A stretch of 64,000 nt of DNA, taken from the IMG/VR virus record IMGVR_UViG_3300036818_000127, positions 1-64,000 of that record. One strand, given 5' to 3'. This stretch comes from a virus. Positions within the stretch are counted from its first letter, which is position 1, and each line of letters starts with the position of its first letter. A model generated the notes under the pieces. That model did not search any database, was not told the origin of the DNA, and worked only from the letters and a program-made list of their open reading frames with translations. A program made the translations under genes and the position numbers. Below, one piece after another: positions 1-7,453 of the stretch.

Positions 1-10
1 AGCATGAATG

Positions 11-625
11 ATGCAACCATGACAGAGCAAGCAACACACATGTGGTACATTGCAGCATTGGAAAGCAACTAGAGGGGAAATAAGCAGCAGGTAAACGGAA
101 TAATAGATGCAACAATATCTGTAGGACAATGCAACTGAGCTTGTCGAACCTTGCAATAAACAGGATTTACTGTGCAACAGTGGACCATGCGACACAATAG
201 AAGGAGACTTCTAGAGCAACACAGACTGGCGATTCGATCAGTCAGTCACCAAGCAACACGAGAGGTTAGTTACCAAGCTTGCAGCTAGGATGGTCTAAAG
301 TATGCAATGCAACAAGATAGCGTGAGGGATAAGTGCTGCAATGATATACCAATAATGCAACAATGGGAAATGATTGGCTTGCAACTTTGATATGTTATCC
401 ACCAAATGCAACTTTGATCAGAGAGTACTTATCCTTAGCAACATATGAGCGGCAACCACAACACGTAATGAGACCACTTAGTCAGAAGGTAACACAGAGA
501 CAAGCACCATGCAACACAGAGGATGAAATGCAATGAGAGGCAAGTGAGGATACAACTGGCGATCCAAGGTAAGCAACAAAGATGCCTATAAGGAGTACTG
601 CAACGTCAGGAAGAAAAGGTGCAAC
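11..625 (+). repeat. Field of about 27 degenerate (A/T)GCAAC mini-repeats separated by unique 7-30 nt segments; runs off the window start
   Basis: atgcaac at 11, 107, 129, 307, 355, 406, 509, plus variants aagcaac, ttgcaac, gtgcaac, ttgcagc; no credible ORF. Confidence 0.85.
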
Positions 626-635
626 TACTGAAGTG

Positions 636-1325
636 CTACGACTTCCTTTTCTTCTTAGTCCTCTTGTAGCTCATTGTGCTTCTCTTGCGTGGAATATTAG
701 TGGTAAGGGGACCTTTTATATACGCCTCTCTCTCAAAGATCTGCTTCGACATTTCTCGGATATCTTCTCCAGTAGCATCAGGACCCATCTTTTTTGCTAT
801 AGCATCATTGCGCTGCTCTTCTGACATTTTACTACTTCCAAATCCCGCCATGAAGGCGATAAGTAGCGGGGAGTGAACTTCACCATCCTCAAAGTGCATA
901 TTGAGAAGGTCAACAAGCTTCCCTGATCCATCTCGTATTAGCTCATAGATGTGCATATGTTGTTCAATGCATTTTTTATCATCTTCTTTGATGACATCAA
1001 GTGTCACAATGGATAGGCATTCTTTTCTCTCTGGATCTAGTGACGGCCTATCTATATTTCGATTAAAACTCCCAAATACCTCTACAATAAAGGCAATATA
1101 TGTAATGTTTGCCTTTGGCTTGCTTCTCCCTAACAGTCTCCCAGCAGTAAAGAATCGATGCTGTTTCTCTAAACTGCTGTCAGAGTTCACAATGTCAGGA
1201 GATGCAAATATACACATTTCCTGTGTATCCAACTCTATAATGATCTCTGGGATGTGTCTCCCATGTTCTAGGATATGATCTTTAGCTTGCTGGATTATCT
1301 GTTCAATCTGCATACTTAACCTCAT
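636..1325 (-). CDS. Hypothetical protein, paralog of 2188..2832
   Basis: 229-aa ORF; blocks RPSLDPERKE and LIRDGSGKLVDL resemble RPKLSSKRQE and VIRDKKKRVVDI. Confidence 0.75.
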   Translation of the reverse strand: MRLSMQIEQIIQQAKDHILEHGRHIPEIIIELDTQEMCIFASPDIVNSDSSLEKQHRFFTAGRLLGRSKPKANITYIAFIVEVFGSFNRNIDRPSLDPERKECLSIVTLDVIKEDDKKCIEQHMHIYELIRDGSGKLVDLLNMHFEDGEVHSPLLIAFMAGFGSSKMSEEQRNDAIAKKMGPDATGEDIREMSKQIFEREAYIKGPLTTNIPRKRSTMSYKRTKKKRKS

Positions 1326-1461
1326 CTATATATCTTAGCTAAAAAGATCCTAACACATACCGAAAAATGTTGCAAATAGGTAGCTAGTTTGCTAGAATGT
1401 TGTTGCTGCTTGGTATACTATTTGTTGTCGGGATGCATAATGCATACTTGATTGAGATGGT

Positions 1462-1932
1462 ATGGACAGGAGAAACCAAGCAGTACTTCTAAATAGGAAG
1501 ATGAAGAGAATGAACAGTAACCTACCTATGTTTGGGCCCCCGATATGGTACCTGCTAGATGATGATGGTAATCCCTATCCGACGCATGATACCATTGCTG
1601 CTGCTGAACTCCTTGGTGATGTCGAGAGGCGGCGCATTGGTCAGGTAGAGAAAGAGATTGCGGGCCACAGGGTTTGGCTATCTACTGTCTTTCTTGTGCT
1701 GGAGCATATGGATTGGTCTTATCGACCACCTCGGCCAGCACTCTTTGAAACAATGCTTTTTATTGACGGCAATGAGATAGGCAATGTGACAAACCGCTAT
1801 GCCACAAGTGATGAGGCACTTCAAGGGCATGCAGTTATCTTAGAGGGTGTTGAGCGGTTACTTTTGTTATTAGGTAAGAATAATATAGAGTATGAAGCAG
1901 TGGCAGGATTGCTAGAGGGAAAACATGAGTGA
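1462..1932 (+). CDS. Hypothetical phage protein
   Basis: 156-aa ORF with LSTVFL..FETMLF..RY motif typical of small phage proteins; overlaps the next ORF. Confidence 0.7.
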   Translation: MDRRNQAVLLNRKMKRMNSNLPMFGPPIWYLLDDDGNPYPTHDTIAAAELLGDVERRRIGQVEKEIAGHRVWLSTVFLVLEHMDWSYRPPRPALFETMLFIDGNEIGNVTNRYATSDEALQGHAVILEGVERLLLLLGKNNIEYEAVAGLLEGKHE

Positions 1933-2188
1933 TAATAATCCAGAGGTATGGATACCTAGCAAAGATCGGATCGAAGAGATATTGGCAGAAGAGCTTTCAA
2001 TAGTCTTGAGAAACACATACTCAGGTAAAGGCATTAGGGAAAAGATATTCATGAGGTGGGTTAAGGACAATACCGCACTTCTTTCCTATCTTGGGGAGGC
2101 TCGTACAGGCTTCTTTATCACGAGGGTAGCCAATGACCTTGGATTAAAACAGAGTGAGCAGGGATACATAAAGCGAGAGGAGGACTAG
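1925..2188 (+). CDS. Hypothetical protein
   Basis: 87-aa ORF translationally coupled to its neighbours. Confidence 0.65.
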   Translation: MSDNNPEVWIPSKDRIEEILAEELSIVLRNTYSGKGIREKIFMRWVKDNTALLSYLGEARTGFFITRVANDLGLKQSEQGYIKREED

Positions 2189-2832
2189 TGGATATTGAGT
2201 CCCTAATAGGCATAGCCAGTGATACTATGCTTACTGCTGGGAATGTGATGCCTATGGCGCACATTGAGCTAAAGAGCAATGATCCAGAGAAGGAAGATAT
2301 CCACTTGGTGCTGGCTCTTGACCTTTTCAGCAATGCACAAAGTATCCCTACCCAAGGTGGGATCATTGCCCGCGTAGGATGGGAGCAATGTAAGGAGTAT
2401 CCAGGATATAGTCCCATCTATGCGGGCATCTACGCGGAAGTGTGGAGGATCACTGATCCTGAAAATGATGCTGAGAAGTTGCGGCCAAAGCTCAGCTCAA
2501 AGCGGCAGGAAGCACTTATAGTTGAGATGTGGCATGCAGAAGGGAATAAATGTGAATCCTACCGACTGCCAGTGATTAGGGACAAGAAGAAACGTGTAGT
2601 TGACATTGGCAAGGCAGAAGGCCCATCGCATAAGGTTTCTGTTCTCTTTGGCTCATTTCTTCGAGGCATTCACGACTCCCAAAAACCAGACGATGAAACC
2701 ATCTCAGATCTAGAGGACATGATCTCAAAACGTGTTGCTAATCTCTCTCCTGAGCAGAGACAAGAGCTAATTGCTTTCGCTAAGAGTGAAGGGATGCCAG
2801 AGGATTTACTAAATAATCTAATAGGAGAGTGA
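2188..2832 (+). CDS. Hypothetical protein, paralog of 636..1325
   Basis: 214-aa ORF, GGAGG RBS, GTG start. Confidence 0.75.
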   Translation: MDIESLIGIASDTMLTAGNVMPMAHIELKSNDPEKEDIHLVLALDLFSNAQSIPTQGGIIARVGWEQCKEYPGYSPIYAGIYAEVWRITDPENDAEKLRPKLSSKRQEALIVEMWHAEGNKCESYRLPVIRDKKKRVVDIGKAEGPSHKVSVLFGSFLRGIHDSQKPDDETISDLEDMISKRVANLSPEQRQELIAFAKSEGMPEDLLNNLIGE

Positions 2833-2833
2833 C

Positions 2834-3103
2834 ATGCCACAGGAACCAGAATCATTAAGAGAAACACTAACAAAAGATGACCTTGGCCGCATTTTTATTC
2901 GTGCTCAAAAAGATGACTCCGCAGAGTGGGTCAATATCAGCGTGGAGAAAGCATCTAATATCCAGTTCGATACCTGGGCACGGAGCCGCATACCGATCCA
3001 GGGCGGCAATGGCCCTTGGTTGCCAGAAGAACGAGCGGCTTTCTGTGACCAACTATACCAAGTTGGCGCATTAGTCGTAGCCGTGAAAGGCGCATTCGAT
3101 TGA
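2834..3103 (+). CDS. Hypothetical protein
   Basis: 89-aa ORF with AGGAG RBS. Confidence 0.65.
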   Translation: MPQEPESLRETLTKDDLGRIFIRAQKDDSAEWVNISVEKASNIQFDTWARSRIPIQGGNGPWLPEERAAFCDQLYQVGALVVAVKGAFD

Positions 3104-3282
3104 CACCTCGCCATCAGGTTCGAGCTTTCAAGCGACTTGCTGCCTGCATCATATGGTCATGTTCATTTTGTGCATGGAATGCTAAATGGTTTGATTATGG
3201 CCCTGCTCCACATATGGCAACAGGATATTACCTCTTTTCCACACTTATTTTGCTTGTTGCTGTTGGAATTACCCAACAATAA
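3100..3282 (+). CDS. Small membrane protein
   Basis: 60 aa, two hydrophobic segments, overlaps the upstream stop. Confidence 0.45.
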   Translation: MTPRHQVRAFKRLAACIIWSCSFCAWNAKWFDYGPAPHMATGYYLFSTLILLVAVGITQQ

Positions 3283-3446
3283 CGGGTATAACCAGCATAT
3301 AGGCTATATGCTACTACGATCCCATTCTGGTAGTTTTAGTGCCTAGTAGGGTAATCTATCCTTAGTTGGGTGTATGGCCCACTCCTGGACTCTACAACCA
3401 AAAAGTTGTAGAAAAATCTAGAAATAGTAGAGATGAATTCAAGTAG
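3281..3446 (+). repeat. Dispersed ~166-nt element, copy A
   Basis: Shares CCATTCTGG.AGTTTTA, GTAGGGTAATCTATCCT, TGTATGGCCC and AACCAAAAAGTTGTAGA with the copies at 19477-19642 and 38413-38578. Confidence 0.9.
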
Positions 3447-3509
3447 TATATTGAAAAGCTCAGCCATTGAATAGGTACGGGATAGAGGTGCGTATGTATC
3501 TGTAGACAC

Positions 3510-3538
3510 TTGACAATATTTATGTGTACAGATATTAT
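3510..3538 (+). promoter_or_regulatory. sigma70-type promoter
   Basis: TTGACA-17-TATTAT upstream of the HTH gene. Confidence 0.55.
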
Positions 3539-3608
3539 TATGGGAGTGGAACCATATTGTATGTTCCAAGCCAACCAGAGAACCTATTTCATAAGGAGAG
3601 AAAGAACA

Positions 3609-3863
3609 ATGGAAACTAGTACACAAGAACGCACAGCAGGACTTAACACATCAACACTTCAGGTCATGGAAGAGTTGTTGACAGTACATGAGGTTGCCCA
3701 GCAATTGCGGGTGGATGATACCACTGTCCGCCGCTGGATTAAGAATGGTGTGCTGGAGGCGATTGCCTTGCCACATCGTGGGCTCCGTCAGGCTTACCGC
3801 ATTCGTCGATCAACACTAGATACTCTTTTGACATCTGCTGCCAGCACTAGTTTATCAGCATAG
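3609..3863 (+). CDS. Excisionase-like / HTH_17 DNA-binding protein
   Basis: LLTVHEVAQQLRVDDTTVRRWIKNGVL winged HTH; AAGGAG RBS before ATG 3609. Confidence 0.85.
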   Translation: METSTQERTAGLNTSTLQVMEELLTVHEVAQQLRVDDTTVRRWIKNGVLEAIALPHRGLRQAYRIRRSTLDTLLTSAASTSLSA

Positions 3864-3919
3864 AAGGTGATGGAGGGGAGAAAGGCTAGAGATCCGCACT
3901 AGCCTTCTCTTTAAAAGAT

Positions 3920-4333
3920 ATGATGAATGATCTGCTATTATTTTCCCTTCTTCCTAAAATATTTTCAGGGTACCTTCTAGGATCAATCCTTATCATCTAC
4001 TATCAGATGCGACAAAGGAATCTAGTCCAGCCTTGGATCTACTTTGCGATAGGCATGGCTGGGTATTACATTGCTAATTCCTGGTCCTGTGGCTGGCTAT
4101 GGCTTCAGCAGGCTACTTTTATCTTGATGTTTGCCTGCACGGCAGGAATGTTTCTATCTCAATTCTTTTCCATGCACAAGCTACTGAAAAAGAAAAGCTA
4201 TATTGATGATCATATACGTCGATTAGACGACATAACTGATCGCGCCCTCAAAAATGATATATCAGAGGATGAGCTTAATAGACTCTTGCAAGAGTTAAGA
4301 GCTGACCGCGAGCGCATGATGGCAGTACAGTAA
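3920..4333 (+). CDS. Membrane protein
   Basis: Three hydrophobic helices plus a charged tail. Confidence 0.65.
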   Translation: MMNDLLLFSLLPKIFSGYLLGSILIIYYQMRQRNLVQPWIYFAIGMAGYYIANSWSCGWLWLQQATFILMFACTAGMFLSQFFSMHKLLKKKSYIDDHIRRLDDITDRALKNDISEDELNRLLQELRADRERMMAVQ

Positions 4334-4349
4334 CGCATCAAACCTTCAT

Positions 4350-4769
4350 TTATGTCCCCAGGGGTTTAATAGGCGGCGGTCCTCCCAAATAATCAGGAGT
4401 AGGCATAGGAGCAAGCCCTGGGGTCCCCCTCACGATGTCACCAGACTTTACAGTCAATGGCGTACCTGCATTGGCCTGCTTCAGCGCAAAGACTGCTGAC
4501 TCAATAAATGTGTCGATTGCCTCATCACTTGGAATAGGGACTTTGGCAACCCTGAATAGCATTTTTACTGTGTTTACTGCAAAGGTTTTCTTTTCATGAT
4601 TAGGGATACTGGCCGAGACTTGCTCGACCATCTGAACTGCCTGTGGAGCAGAACGTTCAAGCATCTGTTGCTGCTTTACTGGTAAGAGATGAAAGACAAG
4701 ATGGTAGATGTATACAAGGATAATAGCAAGGGTCGGCAGAATCGTCTGAATAAGAGAGAGAGTCGTCAT
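4350..4769 (-). CDS. Holin, LL-H-like
   Basis: N-terminal TM segment, AVQMVEQ and IESAVFAL motifs; lies in the lysis cluster. Confidence 0.7.
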   Translation of the reverse strand: MTTLSLIQTILPTLAIILVYIYHLVFHLLPVKQQQMLERSAPQAVQMVEQVSASIPNHEKKTFAVNTVKMLFRVAKVPIPSDEAIDTFIESAVFALKQANAGTPLTVKSGDIVRGTPGLAPMPTPDYLGGPPPIKPLGT

Positions 4770-5368
4770 GGTTGTTTTTCCTCCTTCGGGATACGCTTCA
4801 GTAGGGCTCTAAAGAGGCATATCCAGATGATCAATAGGCCAATACTGATGGCCGTTCCAATGCCAAAGTAGATTTGCGATATTCCATGGATATGATCCTC
4901 AAAAAGCCCACTTACCTGGAACATCGTGAGGGAATATCCATGCTCATGTTGCAAAATGATCGTGAGCTGTATCTGGTCAACTGGAGATGGGTGCGCAAGT
5001 ATCTTACGAGCTGCGGTATCAATACTTGCAAAATCTGATAGTGATTGCAGGATAAGGAGCTTGATATCTGCTGGCAAATTTGGGGAGATACCAAGAGAGT
5101 CATCTCCCTTTTGTAGTCCGATCTGTACTTGCTCCCAGGCAGGTAGTGAGTTTTGAAGTTCACTAATTGCCTGTATATAGTTACCTGCGGGCCGATCTAG
5201 GATAAGGACATCTTTAACAATCTGCTGCTCTATTGTCCTTTGTCTTGCAATAAGCCGTATCACTCCTAGTGTGTTATTTGGGATAAGCGGTAAGGAAGCA
5301 AAGGCAATAGAGAGCACGATAAGGATAATTCCAAATATCCCTAGAGTCTGCGCTTTTCCATGTGACAT
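4766..5368 (-). CDS. Two-TM protein with a NarX/PilJ-like extracytoplasmic helical domain
   Basis: TM-IARQRTIEQQIVK...TM resembles the GRQRMLSQRIAK motif. Confidence 0.5.
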   Translation of the reverse strand: MSHGKAQTLGIFGIILIVLSIAFASLPLIPNNTLGVIRLIARQRTIEQQIVKDVLILDRPAGNYIQAISELQNSLPAWEQVQIGLQKGDDSLGISPNLPADIKLLILQSLSDFASIDTAARKILAHPSPVDQIQLTIILQHEHGYSLTMFQVSGLFEDHIHGISQIYFGIGTAISIGLLIIWICLFRALLKRIPKEEKQP

Positions 5369-5383
5369 TTCTTTTATCCTTCC

Positions 5384-5722
5384 TTATCCTATACGATGTG
5401 TAAGATAGGCAATAAGCAATGCCATAAGAACAGTTATGACAAGCCCCCCAAACCACCTAAGAGCATTAATCTGGAGCTGATCCTGGTCCTTTTCCTGCTT
5501 AGATAGTTGCTTAGCTAAATCAGAAACTTGGCCTCTTGCATCTTTGACATCGCTCTCTATTCTCCCAACTGTAGATTGCAGCCCTAGCAACTGAACATCA
5601 TTTACGCTAGATTGGACGCATTGCCGTAGTTCGATGCGCATTTCCTGCATTTGCTTTTCCAGCATTTTTATCTGGTATTCTAAGACGGCAATATCATTTT
5701 GTGGTGGTTGTGGTGGCTGCAT
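5384..5722 (-). CDS. Coiled-coil protein with C-terminal TM (XhlA-like lysis accessory)
   Basis: Domain architecture and position in the lysis cassette. Confidence 0.55.
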   Translation of the reverse strand: MQPPQPPQNDIAVLEYQIKMLEKQMQEMRIELRQCVQSSVNDVQLLGLQSTVGRIESDVKDARGQVSDLAKQLSKQEKDQDQLQINALRWFGGLVITVLMALLIAYLTHRIG

Positions 5723-5725
5723 ATC

Positions 5726-5914
5726 CTAATGTCCGAGCAGTTTTGATACTAAGAAGAAGACATCACCTACTATGACAATAATAGTGACAAAAACCATAAA
5801 AAGGTTTAGTGCTCCTCGCCTATCTGTTGGGACTAAAGGTACAAATGACGGCCAAAGCATCAAAACAAACAGGTTGAGTATAACCAAGAAATTGAAGTCT
5901 ATCAGTGTAGACAT
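5726..5914 (-). CDS. Small two-TM protein (possible holin)
   Basis: 62 aa, hydrophobic, GGAGG RBS. Confidence 0.55.
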   Translation of the reverse strand: MSTLIDFNFLVILNLFVLMLWPSFVPLVPTDRRGALNLFMVFVTIIVIVGDVFFLVSKLLGH

Positions 5915-5923
5915 AGTAACCTC

Positions 5924-7078
5924 CTATGACAGGTCTTTTACGGCCTGTGAAATCTTAGTTTTCAAGGCTGCAAGTTCCTGTGCGAGGGCACCTTGTTGAA
6001 GTGCAGCAATTTGCTTCTGTAGATCTGCAATTTGGGCAATAAGGATTGCATGTTGCTTCTGGTACCATTGCAATTCCTTCCCGAGCCAACCAGGGAAGAT
6101 ACCTAATTTAGGGTTATACTCTAGCCGATCTAGATTGAAGAGCTGGGCTTCTCCAGCTCCAAGCCCTGGGTTGCTCTGCTCCAGGATAGGGAAGTGCTTC
6201 ACGGTCTCAAGTGGGACATTTGCAGGGTCCCAATTAGATCCTCGTACAAGGTCTCGAAATCCTAGAGTGACGGGTGTCCCATCGGGTGCTTTGAGGGTGG
6301 TTCCATCATCACTCCACCCCTGCGGAGTAGTAGGCATAGTTGGTTGTCCTCCTGATACTGTCTTTGGAAATGCACTAAAGATTTGATCTAAGAGACTAGG
6401 ATTAGCTACAGCCGTTCCATAGTGCCAAATACTAATTGCAGTATGTCCTTGGTTATGAGCTAGTTTTGCAATATTTACAGGATCATTTGGCCCGACATCC
6501 TGTGTCATGTTTAGCGTTGGCTGTAGGCATGATGCCCCTATGAAGTCCTTCCAGAATGATGCAAGGAAGTTATTGTATTGCTGAGGAAGGTATACTGCCA
6601 CGCATGGGTTGAGTTCCGCCAGGACAGACTGCCATTTCTGCCAGCTCGGATCTCCCCATGTGCTCACAAGAAAGAGCCCGGGGTAGCCTTTCAGTTGCGC
6701 AGTAACGCGACGTGCCCAACCTGCCTGTCCATTCCACTCCACTTCCATATCAGCCACGACAGCCCCATCCTCTTGCATGAAGCTCTTGAGAATATTGATC
6801 TCACCATCAAGGAAGTTATAGGTATCCCCATACATCCATGTATAGGCAATGCACCCAACCCCTTCGCCGCGAATAACATCTCGCCGCTGCTTATATCCTG
6901 CCATTCCTCCATACCACCAGTTACCTCCATCTGCAGACTTGAGAATCAATGTATCTACCCCATGCGCTTTTGCAAACTGTGCCGCCTGGGTAAACTGGTT
7001 CATTTTCCACCCTGCGGTCTCAGTCCCCAAAAACAATAAGTGCTGACCTGTAACATTTGCTACATCTTGACATGCCAT
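5924..7078 (-). CDS. Endolysin (glycoside hydrolase TIM-barrel-like domain plus C-terminal domain and coiled coil)
   Basis: LILKSADG, VADMEVEW (DxE) and ISIWHY motifs; located between tail genes and holins. Confidence 0.75.
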   Translation of the reverse strand: MACQDVANVTGQHLLFLGTETAGWKMNQFTQAAQFAKAHGVDTLILKSADGGNWWYGGMAGYKQRRDVIRGEGVGCIAYTWMYGDTYNFLDGEINILKSFMQEDGAVVADMEVEWNGQAGWARRVTAQLKGYPGLFLVSTWGDPSWQKWQSVLAELNPCVAVYLPQQYNNFLASFWKDFIGASCLQPTLNMTQDVGPNDPVNIAKLAHNQGHTAISIWHYGTAVANPSLLDQIFSAFPKTVSGGQPTMPTTPQGWSDDGTTLKAPDGTPVTLGFRDLVRGSNWDPANVPLETVKHFPILEQSNPGLGAGEAQLFNLDRLEYNPKLGIFPGWLGKELQWYQKQHAILIAQIADLQKQIAALQQGALAQELAALKTKISQAVKDLS

Positions 7079-7093
7079 AGTTTACCCCTTTTG

Positions 7094-7453
7094 CTATGTT
7101 GGCTCTATTGATAATACCCCGAAGTCAAATGTTTGCGTTTTCCCTCCTGATGTAGCCTTGATCTGTTGGCGGAATGTACCTAGGCTTGCTACATCATTTA
7201 CTGATTGCTGGTAGGTGATCTGGGCAGGATCGCCGCCAGATGCTCCAAGCAGATTGCTAAAGACACCATCGCCTGGACGCTCAATGCCATTGGATATATT
7301 GCGTTGGAAGTAAGTAAAGTTCGACTCTGTTAATCCTGATGTATCGAAGTCTCCTGAGTCTGGTATGAGTTGGAAAGTCCAAGGTTCCAGGGTATCTCCT
7401 TGCGGCCAGGGTGATTGTGCCATGCTAGTCATTCCTTTCTGTTGCGATTCCAT
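7094..7453 (-). CDS. BppU-like small tail/baseplate protein (start probably at MAQSPW)
   Basis: QGDTLEP start and ITYQQSVNDV..GTF motif. Confidence 0.5.
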   Translation of the reverse strand: MESQQKGMTSMAQSPWPQGDTLEPWTFQLIPDSGDFDTSGLTESNFTYFQRNISNGIERPGDGVFSNLLGASGGDPAQITYQQSVNDVASLGTFRQQIKATSGGKTQTFDFGVLSIEPT

